Source: Deltaproteobacteria bacterium (lineage in GTDB: Bacteria > Myxococcota_A > Bradymonadia > REDH01). Taken from it: DNA of 35,457 bases. Shown here in pieces: positions 19,716-30,600 of the stretch. Position 1 is the stretch's first letter. Each line of letters opens with the position of its first letter. The position numbers were made by a program, and so were the translations under genes. The stretch covers positions 1 through 35,457 of the forward strand of contig REDH01000108.1 in NCBI GenBank assembly GCA_007693585.1, written 5' to 3'. The notes below the pieces were generated by a model. The model did not search any database. It was not told the DNA's origin and saw only the letters and a program-made list of their open reading frames with translations.

Positions 19716-20891
19716 TCAGGTGCTCACGCGGTTTCGGCCGCCCTCCTTGGCCCGGTACAGGGCTTCGTCGGCGCGTTTGATGACCTGAAGCGGGTGGGCG
19801 GTGTCGGCCTCTCGCTCGGCCACGCCGATGCTGATGGTGACGGAGAGGTCCTTCGGCTTGCGGGGCTTTCCGCGCTTCGTCTTCGGGGTGACGGTGATGC
19901 GGGCCTCGCCCACGGCGCGGCGCAGGGCCTCGAGGTGGGGGGTCGCCTCCTCGGCGGTGCGGCCGGGGAAGACGACGGTGAACTCCTCGCCGCCGTAGCG
20001 GAAGGGCCGGCCGCCGCCGGTGACGCCCGCCATGCAGGCGGCGACCCTGCGCAGCACGATGTCGCCCACGTCGTGTCCCCAGGTGTCGTTGAACTTCTTG
20101 AAGTGGTCGACGTCGAGCATGGCCACCGTGTAGCGGGGTCCGACTCGGCGCAGGAGCTCCATCAGGGCGCGGCGGCCGCCGAGTCCGGTGAGCTCGTCGC
20201 GGTAGGCGAGGCTGTGGGCCTGTTCGAGGACGCCGACGAGGAGGGCGAGTCCGGCGAGGCCGACGTGGGCCCATGCGGTTTCGGGTCCGGCGAGGGCTGC
20301 GGTCAGCAGGGCGAGCAGGACGGCGGGCAGCATCCGGACGAGCGGGCTGCCGTCCCGCCAGACGAGCACGCCGAGGGCCAGCGCGCCCACGCTCCAGGAC
20401 AGCACCGCGGCATCGGGGAGGCTCCACCAGCTCGGCGTTGTGCCGGGGAGGAGCTCGACGTCGAACGCGGCCCGGGCTTCGTCCCAGGGGGGTGTGGCCA
20501 GCACGACGCCGCCGGCGGCGAGGGCTGGCAGCAGCAGCATGCGCAGCAGGCCGAGGGGGCTGCTCCACCGGCGCTCCGGGAGTGCGGCGAGGACGACGAA
20601 CACGAGGGGCAGGAGCACCGCCACCGCTGCGCCGAGGCCGGCGGGGGCGCCGATCGGGAAGAGGGCGCCCCCGGTCAGGACGTCCCCGGCCATGAGGACG
20701 AGCACGGCGAGCAGCGCGGCGGAGCCGCGGTGGAAGCGCCAGCCGAGGAGCACGGCGGCGCAGCCCGCGGCGAGGAGCAGCGGGCCCGTGGCCGCTGTGG
20801 CGGTGGGGACGAGGTCGGGCCGCAGGAGCATCCCGGCCGCCAGGAGGGCGAACAGCAGGCTCGGTAGCAGTGCGAGCAGACGAAGGCGCAT
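19716..20891 (-). CDS. membrane GGDEF diguanylate cyclase (about 391 aa)
   Basis: Multi-TM N-terminus, then YRDELTGL, MLDVDHFKKFNDTWGHDVGD, RYGGEEF, ADEALYRAKEGGRNRV. Confidence 0.92.
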   Translation of the reverse strand: MRLRLLALLPSLLFALLAAGMLLRPDLVPTATAATGPLLLAAGCAAVLLGWRFHRGSAALLAVLVLMAGDVLTGGALFPIGAPAGLGAAVAVLLPLVFVVLAALPERRWSSPLGLLRMLLLPALAAGGVVLATPPWDEARAAFDVELLPGTTPSWWSLPDAAVLSWSVGALALGVLVWRDGSPLVRMLPAVLLALLTAALAGPETAWAHVGLAGLALLVGVLEQAHSLAYRDELTGLGGRRALMELLRRVGPRYTVAMLDVDHFKKFNDTWGHDVGDIVLRRVAACMAGVTGGGRPFRYGGEEFTVVFPGRTAEEATPHLEALRRAVGEARITVTPKTKRGKPRKPKDLSVTISIGVAEREADTAHPLQVIKRADEALYRAKEGGRNRVST

Positions 20892-21025
20892 GGCCCCGGG
20901 GGATCGACAGGGACGCTCCCGCGCATCGACCGCGGGTCGGCGATGCCGTAGCATGCCATCCGGGGCGGCCCATGGCGAATGTTTGCCGGCCCCGCGAACT
21001 GTCTGTTCTCCCATCGGACCTGCGC

Positions 21026-21889
21026 ATGACCCCCCTGCCTGCCGCCACCGTGATCCTCGTGCGGGACGCCCGCGCGCATCCCGAGGTGCTGTTGCTTCGC
21101 CGTCAGCCCCGCGCCTCCTTCATGCCGCATCTGCACGTCTTTCCCGGGGGCCGGATCGACGATGACGACGCCCTCGTGCATCCGGTGGCTTCGGCGGCTC
21201 GCCCGCATGGGGTGAGTGACCCGGAGGCTCCGGTCCTGCTGCGGCATCCGCACGCTCCGGCGGTCGCGGCGGCCCGCGAGTGCTTCGAGGAGGCGGGTGT
21301 GTTGCTCGCGGGTGGGCCGGGTGGTTCGGCGGGGGTGCATGACCCCGCGGTCCTCGCCTCCGCGCGGGAGCTGCTCCACGCCGGCGGACGTCCCTTCCAC
21401 GGGCTGTGTCGCGAGCTCGGCTGGGATCTGGTGCTGGGGGAGCTCGCGCCGGTCGCGCGGTGGATCACGCCGGCGGGGGAGCGGCGTCGCTTCGACACGC
21501 TGTTCTTTCTGGCTCGGGTGCCGGCGGGTTCCGCGGCGGTGTGTGATGGTGCGGAGACCATCGATGAGTGCTGGCTGACGGCGCCGGAGGCCCTCGCGCG
21601 TCATGCGGCCGGCGCGTTGCCGCTGGCGCCGCCGACCTGGGCGGTGTTGCGGGATCTCGCGGCGCTGGGGACGGCGGAGGAGGTGCAGGCGTGGGCGGAC
21701 GCGCGGCGTCCCTGGCCGATTCTGCCGGCGTTCGGGGTGGACGAGGAGGGGGAGCCGGTGTTGCTGCTGCCGGGGGATCGGCTGTGTCCGCGGCCGCCGG
21801 GGTGCGGTGCGGACCCGGCGCATCCCGGGGGGGTGACCCGCGTTCGCGGCTCGGCGCAGGGCTGGGTGGGCGAGGCGTGCCCGGGCTGA
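21026..21889 (+). CDS. NUDIX hydrolase (NUDT19-like subgroup)
   Basis: PAATVILVRD, VFPGGRID, AAARECFEEAGVLL, RWITP, RRFDTLFF, LAPPT. Confidence 0.88.
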   Translation: MTPLPAATVILVRDARAHPEVLLLRRQPRASFMPHLHVFPGGRIDDDDALVHPVASAARPHGVSDPEAPVLLRHPHAPAVAAARECFEEAGVLLAGGPGGSAGVHDPAVLASARELLHAGGRPFHGLCRELGWDLVLGELAPVARWITPAGERRRFDTLFFLARVPAGSAAVCDGAETIDECWLTAPEALARHAAGALPLAPPTWAVLRDLAALGTAEEVQAWADARRPWPILPAFGVDEEGEPVLLLPGDRLCPRPPGCGADPAHPGGVTRVRGSAQGWVGEACPG

Positions 21890-21910
21890 GGTCCTGGCGG
21901 TGCGCGGGGG

Positions 21911-22162
21911 TCAGTTGCCCTGGGCGCGGCCGAATCCTGCGGGGTAGCCGTCCTCGCGGTTGCGCTTGAAGAAGTATTCGTAGCGCGATTCGCGGGTTTC
22001 CGGGTCCTGGCTCATGATCACGCTCACGAGCTCCCAGCCGTGCTGCCCGATGATCTTGAGGGCCACGTCGCGGTAGAGCGCCTGGTCCTGGTGGTCGTAG
22101 AAGGTGATGCTCTCGGGGCGGTCGATGCCCGCGAACCCGTGGATGTACTCCCAGATGGCCAT
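21911..22162 (-). CDS. small protein, DUF4177-like (83 aa)
   Basis: N-terminal WEY, GQHGWELVSV and YFFKR match the DUF4177-type pattern; GAGG RBS upstream. Confidence 0.7.
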   Translation of the reverse strand: MAIWEYIHGFAGIDRPESITFYDHQDQALYRDVALKIIGQHGWELVSVIMSQDPETRESRYEYFFKRNREDGYPAGFGRAQGN

Positions 22163-22454
22163 GCGTTCCTCGTGGGCGGAGCCGGTGGTCGGGAGGGACT
22201 GTACCCGAGCGCGGCGCGCCCTGCAACGCGGGAGCGCGGCTCCGGGTCGGGGCTTCGGTGCCTCGGTGGGCCAACGGGTTTGCCGGCGCGCGTGCGGTGC
22301 CTACGGGTTCGAGGGAGATCGCGGGGCGACGGGCCCGTGCGGGACGGGGGGCGCAGCCGAAGGAGCCCGGCGACGGCGTCGGGCCGGTTGCCCTCGCCGC
22401 GTCGTCGGAGGAGGATGCATCCGTTCGGAGGGGGACGGGTGAGGAGGAGGCGTG

Positions 22455-23495
22455 ATGATGAAGCCATTCGGGATCGCACTCGCCCTGCTGGTGATTGTCG
22501 GCAGCGTCTGGCTGCTCGTCGAACGGGAGCGCGCCGCCGTGGAGGAGGGCGCCGAGGGCGTGGAAGCGCACGCCGCGGGGGAGTGGGTGTTCCCCGCGGT
22601 GGAGGATGCGGCACGGATCGAGGTGGGACTTCGCGAGGCCATCGCCGTCTTCGAACGCACGGATGGCGAGTGGTGGATGGTGCTTCCCCTGCGGGACCGG
22701 ATGGATCCCGACAGCGCCCGGGAGCTGGAGGAGCTGCTTCGGGAGCCGCCGGTGATCGATCGGCGTCGCCCGCTCGGCGATGCGCACGCGCTTGGGCTCG
22801 GCATGAACTCGAGGCGTCCGGCGTTGCGGTACCTCGACGCGGACGGCGAGGTGCTGGTCGGCCTCGTGGTCGGCTCCCGGGTGGAGCAGGGGGACGCGGG
22901 CCGGGTGCTCACCTGGGTGGAGCCGGAGGGGGCCGGCGAGATCGTTCGGGCGGGTCGCGATCTGCGATCGGTGGTGGAGCGGGACCTCGGCAGCTTTCGC
23001 GATCGTCAGCTCCTGCGCGTTCCGGTCGAGGAGGTGGTGCGGGTCGACCGGATCACCCCGGACGGGGGCTGGGTGATGATCCGGGGGGAGGATGGGTGGA
23101 CGCTGGTGGCCGGGGATCGGCGGGAGGCGGCTGCTGCCGATCGCGTGGACGCGCTGCTGCGCGGGCTGACGATGGCGCGTGCGAGCGGGTTTCTGCCGCA
23201 GAGTTCGGACCGTGCCGCGCATGGGATCGAGGAGCCCCGGGCCGAGGTCACGATCACGCTGGAGGAGGGCGGGACGGCCTCGCTGCTGCTCGGCGACGCA
23301 CTGGATGGGGAGGACGAGGGGGGGGCGACGCGGTGGGCGATCGGTCGGGGGGATACGCTTCTGTTGTGGGCGGTGCCGGCCGAGGTGCGCGCCCTGATGA
23401 TGCGCACGGCGGACTGGCTGGTCGGCGCGGAGGAGTCGGACGGGATGGAGGAGTCGGCCGGTGAGGACGAGTCGGCCGGTGAGGACGGCGGCTGA
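22455..23495 (+). CDS. DUF4340 domain-containing membrane-anchored protein
   Basis: N-terminal TM helix; two repeated W...A/D...V..LL..L modules with [HY]G[IL]..P; FRDRQLL linker; GGAGGAGG RBS; acidic tail with an 18-bp repeat. Confidence 0.75.
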   Translation: MMKPFGIALALLVIVGSVWLLVERERAAVEEGAEGVEAHAAGEWVFPAVEDAARIEVGLREAIAVFERTDGEWWMVLPLRDRMDPDSARELEELLREPPVIDRRRPLGDAHALGLGMNSRRPALRYLDADGEVLVGLVVGSRVEQGDAGRVLTWVEPEGAGEIVRAGRDLRSVVERDLGSFRDRQLLRVPVEEVVRVDRITPDGGWVMIRGEDGWTLVAGDRREAAAADRVDALLRGLTMARASGFLPQSSDRAAHGIEEPRAEVTITLEEGGTASLLLGDALDGEDEGGATRWAIGRGDTLLLWAVPAEVRALMMRTADWLVGAEESDGMEESAGEDESAGEDGG

Positions 23496-23583
23496 CGGGG
23501 AGGCGGTCGGTCCGGCGCTTGCGGATCGGGTGTTGCGGTGCGAACAGGGTCGGCGGGGAGGGCGCGCCGATCGGGAGGACCGC

Positions 23584-24534
23584 ATGCGGATGCTCTTCGT
23601 CATGGATCCGGTGGAGCGGATCAATATCCGGAAGGACACGACGTTCGCCTTCATGCTGGAGGCTCAGGCCCGGGGCCACGAGGTCCATGTGTGTGGTCTG
23701 GAGGGCCTTCGTGCGCGCGGGTCATCGGCGTGGGCCACGGCCTCGCGGGTGACGCTGCGACGGGAGGAGGGCAACCACGTGGACGTGGAGGAGCCGGTCG
23801 CGCATCCGCTGGAGCACTGGTCGGCGGTGTGGATGCGGAAGGATCCGCCGTTCGACATGGAGTACGTGTACGCGACGTATCTGCTGGAGCGTGCGGACCC
23901 GTCGCGGACGCTGGTGTTGAACCGGCCATCGGGGTTGCGCAACGCGAACGAGAAGGCGTTCATCCTCAACGTTCCGGAGGTGACGCCGGAGACGATGATC
24001 GGTCGGGATCGGGGGGAGATCCGGCGGTTCGTGGAGGAGGTGGGTGGGGTGGGGGTGATCAAGCCGCTGGACGGGATGGGTGGTGCGGGGATTTTCCAGC
24101 TTCGGCTGGAGGATCCGAACTTCTCGGCGATCTGGGAGGGGGTGACGGATCATGGCCGGCGCTTTGCGATGGTGCAGTCGTTCGTGCCGGAGGCGGCGCA
24201 GGGGGACAAGCGGCTGCTGCTGATGGACGGGGAGCCGCTTGGGGCGATCCTGCGGGTGCCGGCGCGGGGGGAGTTCCGGGGCAACATGGCGGCGGGGGGG
24301 ACGGCGGTGGCGGCGGAGGTGACCGAACGCGATCGGGAGATCGTGGCGGCGGTGGCGCCGCGGCTTCGGGAGGAGGGGCTGTGGTTCGTGGGGCTCGACA
24401 TCATCGGCGGTCTGCTGACCGAGGTGAACGTGACCAGCCCCACGGGGGTGCAGGAGGCGAACCGGTTGTGCGGGCTCCATGTGGAGGGGGCGGTGCTGGA
24501 CTGGGTGGAGGGTCGCGTCCCGCGGTCGGCGTAG
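23584..24534 (+). CDS. gshB: glutathione synthetase
   Basis: FVMDP, KDTTFAFMLEAQARG, MRKDPPFDMEY, NANEK, KPLDGMGGAGIF, GDKR, RGNMAAGG, FVGLDIIG, EVNVTSPTG; GGAGG RBS. Confidence 0.97.
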   Translation: MRMLFVMDPVERINIRKDTTFAFMLEAQARGHEVHVCGLEGLRARGSSAWATASRVTLRREEGNHVDVEEPVAHPLEHWSAVWMRKDPPFDMEYVYATYLLERADPSRTLVLNRPSGLRNANEKAFILNVPEVTPETMIGRDRGEIRRFVEEVGGVGVIKPLDGMGGAGIFQLRLEDPNFSAIWEGVTDHGRRFAMVQSFVPEAAQGDKRLLLMDGEPLGAILRVPARGEFRGNMAAGGTAVAAEVTERDREIVAAVAPRLREEGLWFVGLDIIGGLLTEVNVTSPTGVQEANRLCGLHVEGAVLDWVEGRVPRSA

Positions 24535-24651
24535 GGCTCGGGGAGCGCTCCGCGGCGCCGAGCGGATTCCGCTTTTCATCCGCCGTCCCGGGGCGTAGCA
24601 TGCCGCCGACCACCTCGGCGCCTCGCGCCCCTGTCCGGATGGAGCGTCCGC

Positions 24652-27600
24652 ATGAAGTCCCTCACCGTGCCCACCGCCCTGTCCAGGGCCGTCTTCGTTG
24701 CCCTGACCTGTGCCGCGCTCGCCTTCGCCTGCGGCGGCTCGGATTCCGATCCGGCCACCTCGGCGTCGTCGGAGACGGATCCGTCCGGAACGTCCGGGGG
24801 CGTGGACCCGACGGGCACGGAGGATCTGTGCGGCAACGGCGTGCTCGATCCCGGCGAGAGCTGCGACGGCGCTGACCTGGGTGGCGTGACCTGCGGCAGC
24901 CTTGGCTTTGATGGCGGGACCCTGGCGTGCACGGCCGAGTGCGCGTTCGATACATCGGGCTGTGTTCGGGAGACCACCGGCCCCTCCTGCGGCAACGGTG
25001 TGATCGAGGGGGACGAGGCGTGTGACGGTGCGGATCTGGGTGGGGAGACGTGCGAGGGTCTGGGTTTCGACGGGGGCACGCTGTCGTGCGCGTCGGACTG
25101 CACGTTCGACACGGCGGGCTGTGATGCGGCGCCCTCGTGCGGCAACGGTGTGATCGAGGGGGACGAGGAGTGCGATGGCGCGGAGCTGGGCGGGGAGACG
25201 TGCGAGGGACTGGGTTTCGACGGGGGCACGCTGTCGTGCGCGTCGGACTGCACGTTCGACACGGACGCGTGCACGCGGGAGCCGTTCTGCGGGGACGGGG
25301 TGGTGAACGAGGATCTGGGGGAGGAGTGCGATGACGGCGAGGCGAACAGTGACCGGCTGCCCAACGCGTGCCGCACGGACTGTACGCTGCCGCGGTGCGG
25401 GGACGGGGTGATCGACGATGGCGAGCAGTGCGACGACGGGGACGCCAACGGCCCGGACGCGCCGTGCTCGGAGGCGTGCACGATCAATCCGCAGGCGGCC
25501 TGTGCGGGCAACGGCGCGGTGACGGATCTGCTGGAGGTGGCCGCGGAGCAGGAGGATGGCTCGCTGCTGGTCGTCGGCGAGCTGGCGTCGATCGTCGGGG
25601 ACTCCTTCGCGACGGCGGCGTGTGGTCCGGCGGCGGCGACGCGTCGGCAGCTCTTCTTCGTGACCGCGCCCGAGGCGGGGCTGTGGGAGTTCTCGCTGGT
25701 GGACGAGCGGACGACGGCTGCTGCGGCGCTGATCGCGATCGAGGGTTGCGATGCGGATGCCCTGCGGCTCGCGTGCACGGACGCGGACACCACGGGTCGG
25801 CTGCTGATCGAGGCCGGGGAAGGGCAGGCGTTCTTCCTCGCGCTGGAGGCGGAGGGCACGGCCCGTGCGTTCGGGCTGCAGGCCCGGCTGCTCGAGGGTC
25901 TGGCCGGGGAGGGCGAGGCGTGCGGTGCGTCGGTGGCGTGCGAGGATGGTCTCCTGTGCGCGGGCGCGGACGGTGAGGAGCGCTGCATCGATCCGGACTC
26001 GGCCACGCTGGAGAGCGTCGAGGTGCTGCTGCCCACCCCGGACCTCTTCGTGATCGAGATGCGCGGTCAGGATCCGGGCCGGTTGCTGGATCTCGTGCAC
26101 ATCGAGCAGCTCCTGCTCGCCGGGGACCTGGGCCAGGCCGGGGACCTGACGTTCCCGCCGGACGTGCTGCTCCGGGACGGGGACGGCTACCTGATGCGCC
26201 TGTTCCTTCCGGTGGACGTGTTCGACGAGCCGGAGGACGGGTTCGTGATCGGCATCGAGGGCTTCGAGAGCATCACCGTGGCCGCGGAGAGCGGCCGCAC
26301 GGGTCAGCGCACCGCGTCGCGGACGGCCCCCTTCCCGTCCGAGGACGACCTGCTCGTCCCGGAGGAGGCCGAGAGCGGTGGTCCGTGCGACCTCGAGGGC
26401 TACCTCTTCGTGTGTCCGGAGGGCGAGGCCTGCGGTGAGGTCGACGGGGCGTTCCTGTGCGGGGAGCCCGCCGCGCCGGTGCTCGATCGGGTGACCGCGG
26501 TCCGCACCGCACTCAACGCCGTGCGCATCACCATCGACGGCCGCGACGAGAACGCGGACGTGGTCGAGCTGAGCCTGTCGCTCTACCGTCCGGGCGAGGA
26601 GGAGCCGGCGTTCACCTACGCGCCGCTCGCCCTGGGGGATGCGCTGCGCGGCCAGCGCTCGTTCACCTGGAGCATCACCGCCGACGAGGCCCGCTTCAAC
26701 GGGCTGCTCAACGCCACGGATCCCGCGTTCGGCTTCGACCGCATCGCGGTCATGCTCACCGACGCCACCGGCCTGACCTCGGAGACCGTCTTCGTCGACT
26801 ACCCCGCGGTGGAGGTGCTCGAGCCCGGCGCGTCCTGCGACCTGCAGCGGGTGCGGAACGTCTGCCCCGAGCCTCAGGTCTGCGGACGCATCTCCGCCAC
26901 CGAGGCGCGCTGCGGTGCGCCGGTCGCGCCCGAGGTCCGCGGCGTGACCTACACCATCGACGACGACGGCATCACGCGCGTCAGCGTCGAGGGCTTCCAC
27001 GCCAACGCCAACGTCACGGGCTTCGATCTCTTCTTCCGCGTCGCCGATCCCGCCTCCCCGGAGGAGGAGTTCATCGGTCTCGCCGAGCGCCCCGCCACGG
27101 ACATGACCCCGAACCCTGCCGGGCGGACCTCGTTCGTGGCCGCCCTGCCTGCCCTGAACCTCGGCGACTTCGAGCTGACGTCCATCCTCGTGCGCCTGCG
27201 GTCGGGCGCCCTCCAGAGCCCGTTCTTCGAGGTCCCGTTCTCCCCCGTGCCCGCGGGAGGTGAGTGCGATCCCGCGCTCGAGTTCAACCCCTGCGCCGCC
27301 GGCAGCACCTGCGCCGCCGGGACCTGTGAGCCCGCCGCTCCCCCGGTGCTCGTCGCCGCAGCCCTCGAGCGCCCCGCCGCCGACCGCATCCGCTTCCGGG
27401 TCGAGGGGGAGGACCCCAACGGGGACGTGGCCTTCCTCGAGCTCGCCATCCAGCGCGCCAACGGCACCACCTTCGGGCAGTTCTCCGAGACCTTCGACGA
27501 CCCCGGGGTCGACGGACTGACCGCCTTCGAGGGCACCGTCACGATCGAGGGCTTCCAGAACGAGCCCACCACCACCGCGTTCGTCGTGCGCCTGCGCGAC

Positions 27601-30600
27601 CGCGCCGGCCTGCACAGCGAACACGCCGTGGTCAACCTCCCCCCCATCATTCCCGTCGGCGGAACCTGCGAGGACGGAACCGGGGTCACCGACGTCTGCG
27701 CCCTCGGCGCCCTCTGCGAGGAGGGGGTCTGCGTCCCCGACGTCACGCAGGACGCCTGCGCCGGCGACAACCTCATCGACTTCGCGACCGCCGCCAGCGG
27801 CGGCAACGGCGAGACGCCCTCGGTGGTCGTGCCCGCCGAGGGGCGCCTCAACCTCGACCCCTTCCCCTGCGCTGCCCCCGTCAGCCGCGGGCGCGTCGTG
27901 CGCTTCGTCGCCCCGGTCACCGGTGACCTGCAGGCCGACGCCACCCGCATCTCCGGAAACGCCGATCCCGTCCTCGCCGTCTCCCGGGACGCCTGCGACG
28001 CGGAACCCTTCGCCTGTCACGACGACGTGGCCTTCCCCGACAACCTCGACAGCCGCCTCGTCTTCCCCGTGAACGCCGGCGATGTCCTCTACTTCCGCGT
28101 CGGCGACTGGGAGTCCGGCGGCGACATCCGCCTCGCCATCGCCGTCGAGGAGGACACCTGCGGCAACGGCATCATCGACGACGGTGAGGACTGCGACGGC
28201 GATGACCTCGGCGACGCCACCTGCGCCACCGTCGGCTTCGACGAAGGCACCCTCGCCTGCACCGCCACCTGCACCTTCGACACCTCGGGCTGCACCCGCG
28301 ACGGCTTCTGCGGGGACGGCGTCGTCGACCCCGGCGAGCAGTGCGACGACGGCGAGGCCAACGGGCCCGACGCCCCCTGCTCCGAGACCTGCACCCTCGA
28401 CCCGGTCGCCGACTGTGCCGGCCAGGGCGACGTGCTCGACTTCGTCGCCGTCGCCGAGCTGCAGGAGGATGGCTCGCTCCTCCACACCGGGACCCTCGCC
28501 CCCCTCGCGGGCGAGGCCTTCTCGACAGCCGCCTGCGGCGGCGAGAGCACCAGCCTCCGCGCCCTGTACTTCATCGAGGCCCCCGTCGACGGCACCTGGG
28601 AGTTCAGCCTCGTGGACGAGCGCACCAGCGCCAGCGCCGCCCTCATCGCCCTCGACCGCTGCCACGCCGACGCCCGGCAGATCGCCTGCGACGACGGCGG
28701 AAACGCCTCCCGCGTCCTCATCGACGCCCTCGAGGGCGACGCCCTCTACCTCGCCCTCGAGAGCGACGACATCGGCCAGGCCTACGCCCTCCGCGGACGC
28801 CTGATCGACGGCACCGCCGCCGGCCTCGGCGAGGCCTGCGACGAGGACACCCCCTGCGACACCGGGCTGGCGTGCAGCCCGCGCCCCGAGAGCAGCGTCT
28901 GCGCCTCGTCCGCCGGGATCAGCCTCGAGTCCCTCACCATCCGGGCCCCGGACAGCGAGACCTTCCTGATCGACGCCCGCGGCACCGACCCCGCACACCT
29001 CGTCGACCAGCTCTTCGTCTCCCAGCTCGCCGTCGCCATCGGGACCGCCAGCAACTTCGTCCTCGAACCCGACGCCATCCACCGCGACGGCGACCAGTTC
29101 ACCCTCCGCGTCGTCCTCCCGGTGAGCATCTTCGACACCGACGCCATCTCCCTGGGCATCGACGACTTCAACACCCTCACCGCCGCCGTCGAAGCCACCG
29201 CCCTCGGCTGGCGCAGCCCCTCGCGCACCGCCGCCTTCCCCGCCGCCTCCGCCGTCGCCGATCCCCAGCCGGTCGAAGAAGGCGAAGGCTGCGACCTCGA
29301 CCGACTCCTCTTCCTGTGCCCCGACGGTCAGGCCTGCGACGGCGAGGAAGCCCCCTTCGCCTGCGCCGACGCACAGGCCCCCACCCTCCTCGACGCCACC
29401 GCCACCCGACTCTCCGGCACCAGCATCCGGTTCGACCTCCGCGGCACCGACCCCAACGGCGACATCACCACCATCGTCCTCGCCGCCTACCGGCCCGGCT
29501 CCACCGAGCCCGACCTCACCCTCGACCCCATCGACGTCGAGAACGCCATGCGCGGACAGCGCGAGATCCACTACACCTTCCGGGGCGACGGCGGATTCTT
29601 CTCCGCGCAGCTCAACGCCACCGCACCCGAGTTCGGCTTCGACCGCATCGGCCTCCTCCTCGTCGACGCCACCGGCCTCGCCTCGGACGTCGTCGTGATC
29701 CCCTACCCCTCCGCCGACCCCCGCGCCACCGGCGAGCCCTGCGACCTCACCGGCGCCTCCACCTGGTGCGAGGCCCCCGGCACCGCGTGCACGGCCCTCC
29801 CCTCCGGCGACGCCACCTGCGCCGCCTTCCCCGCGCCGGAAGTGCGCGCCCTGCGCGCCACCCTCACCGAAGGCGTCGCCAGCATCCGCATCGAAGGCGC
29901 CCACGCCGCCGCCAGCGTCGAAGGCGTCGAGGTCATCTTCCGGCTCGCCAACCCGCCCAACCCCGAGACCCCCTTCATCGGACTCGACGAGTTCCCCGCC
30001 ACCGAGCTCGCCCCCGCCCCCGCAGGACGCACCCACTTCACCAGCGACCTGCCCCCCATCAACCTCGGCGGCAACGAGGTCGTCACCGCCGCCGTCCGCC
30101 TGCGCGCCGGAAACCTCCGCAGCCTCTACCTCGAGGTGCCCTTCAATCCCCTCGCCGCCGGCGCCACCTGCGACGCCTCCCTCGGCTACAACCCCTGCGA
30201 CAACGGCCTCACCTGCACCGCAGGCACCTGCTCCGCCGCCAACGCACCCACCCTCACCACCGCCACCATCACCCGACCCCGCGCCGACGCCTTCGACATC
30301 GCCGTCGCCGGCCTCGACCCCGATGGCGACATCGACGGACTCGAATACATCCTCCGACGCGAGGTCGGCACCGTGTTCGGCTCCTTCTTCGAACCCTTCG
30401 ACCCCCCCGTCGACGGACAGCAGGAGATCGACGCCACCGTCCGCATCGAAGCCGCCTTCCTCGCCAGCGAACCCGCCTCCACCACCCTCGAAGTCCGCCT
30501 GCGCGACCGCAGCGGACGCGTCAGCAACGCCATCGTCCTCGCCCCACCACCGGTCATCCCCGTCGGCGGCACCTGCGTCGAAGGCACCGGACTCGTCGAC

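Noticed and set aside
24561..24576. Intrinsic terminator after gshB (AGCGG-ATT-CCGCT-TTT)
   Set aside because: Only a 5-bp stem and a short U tract; too weak to call in DNA this GC-rich
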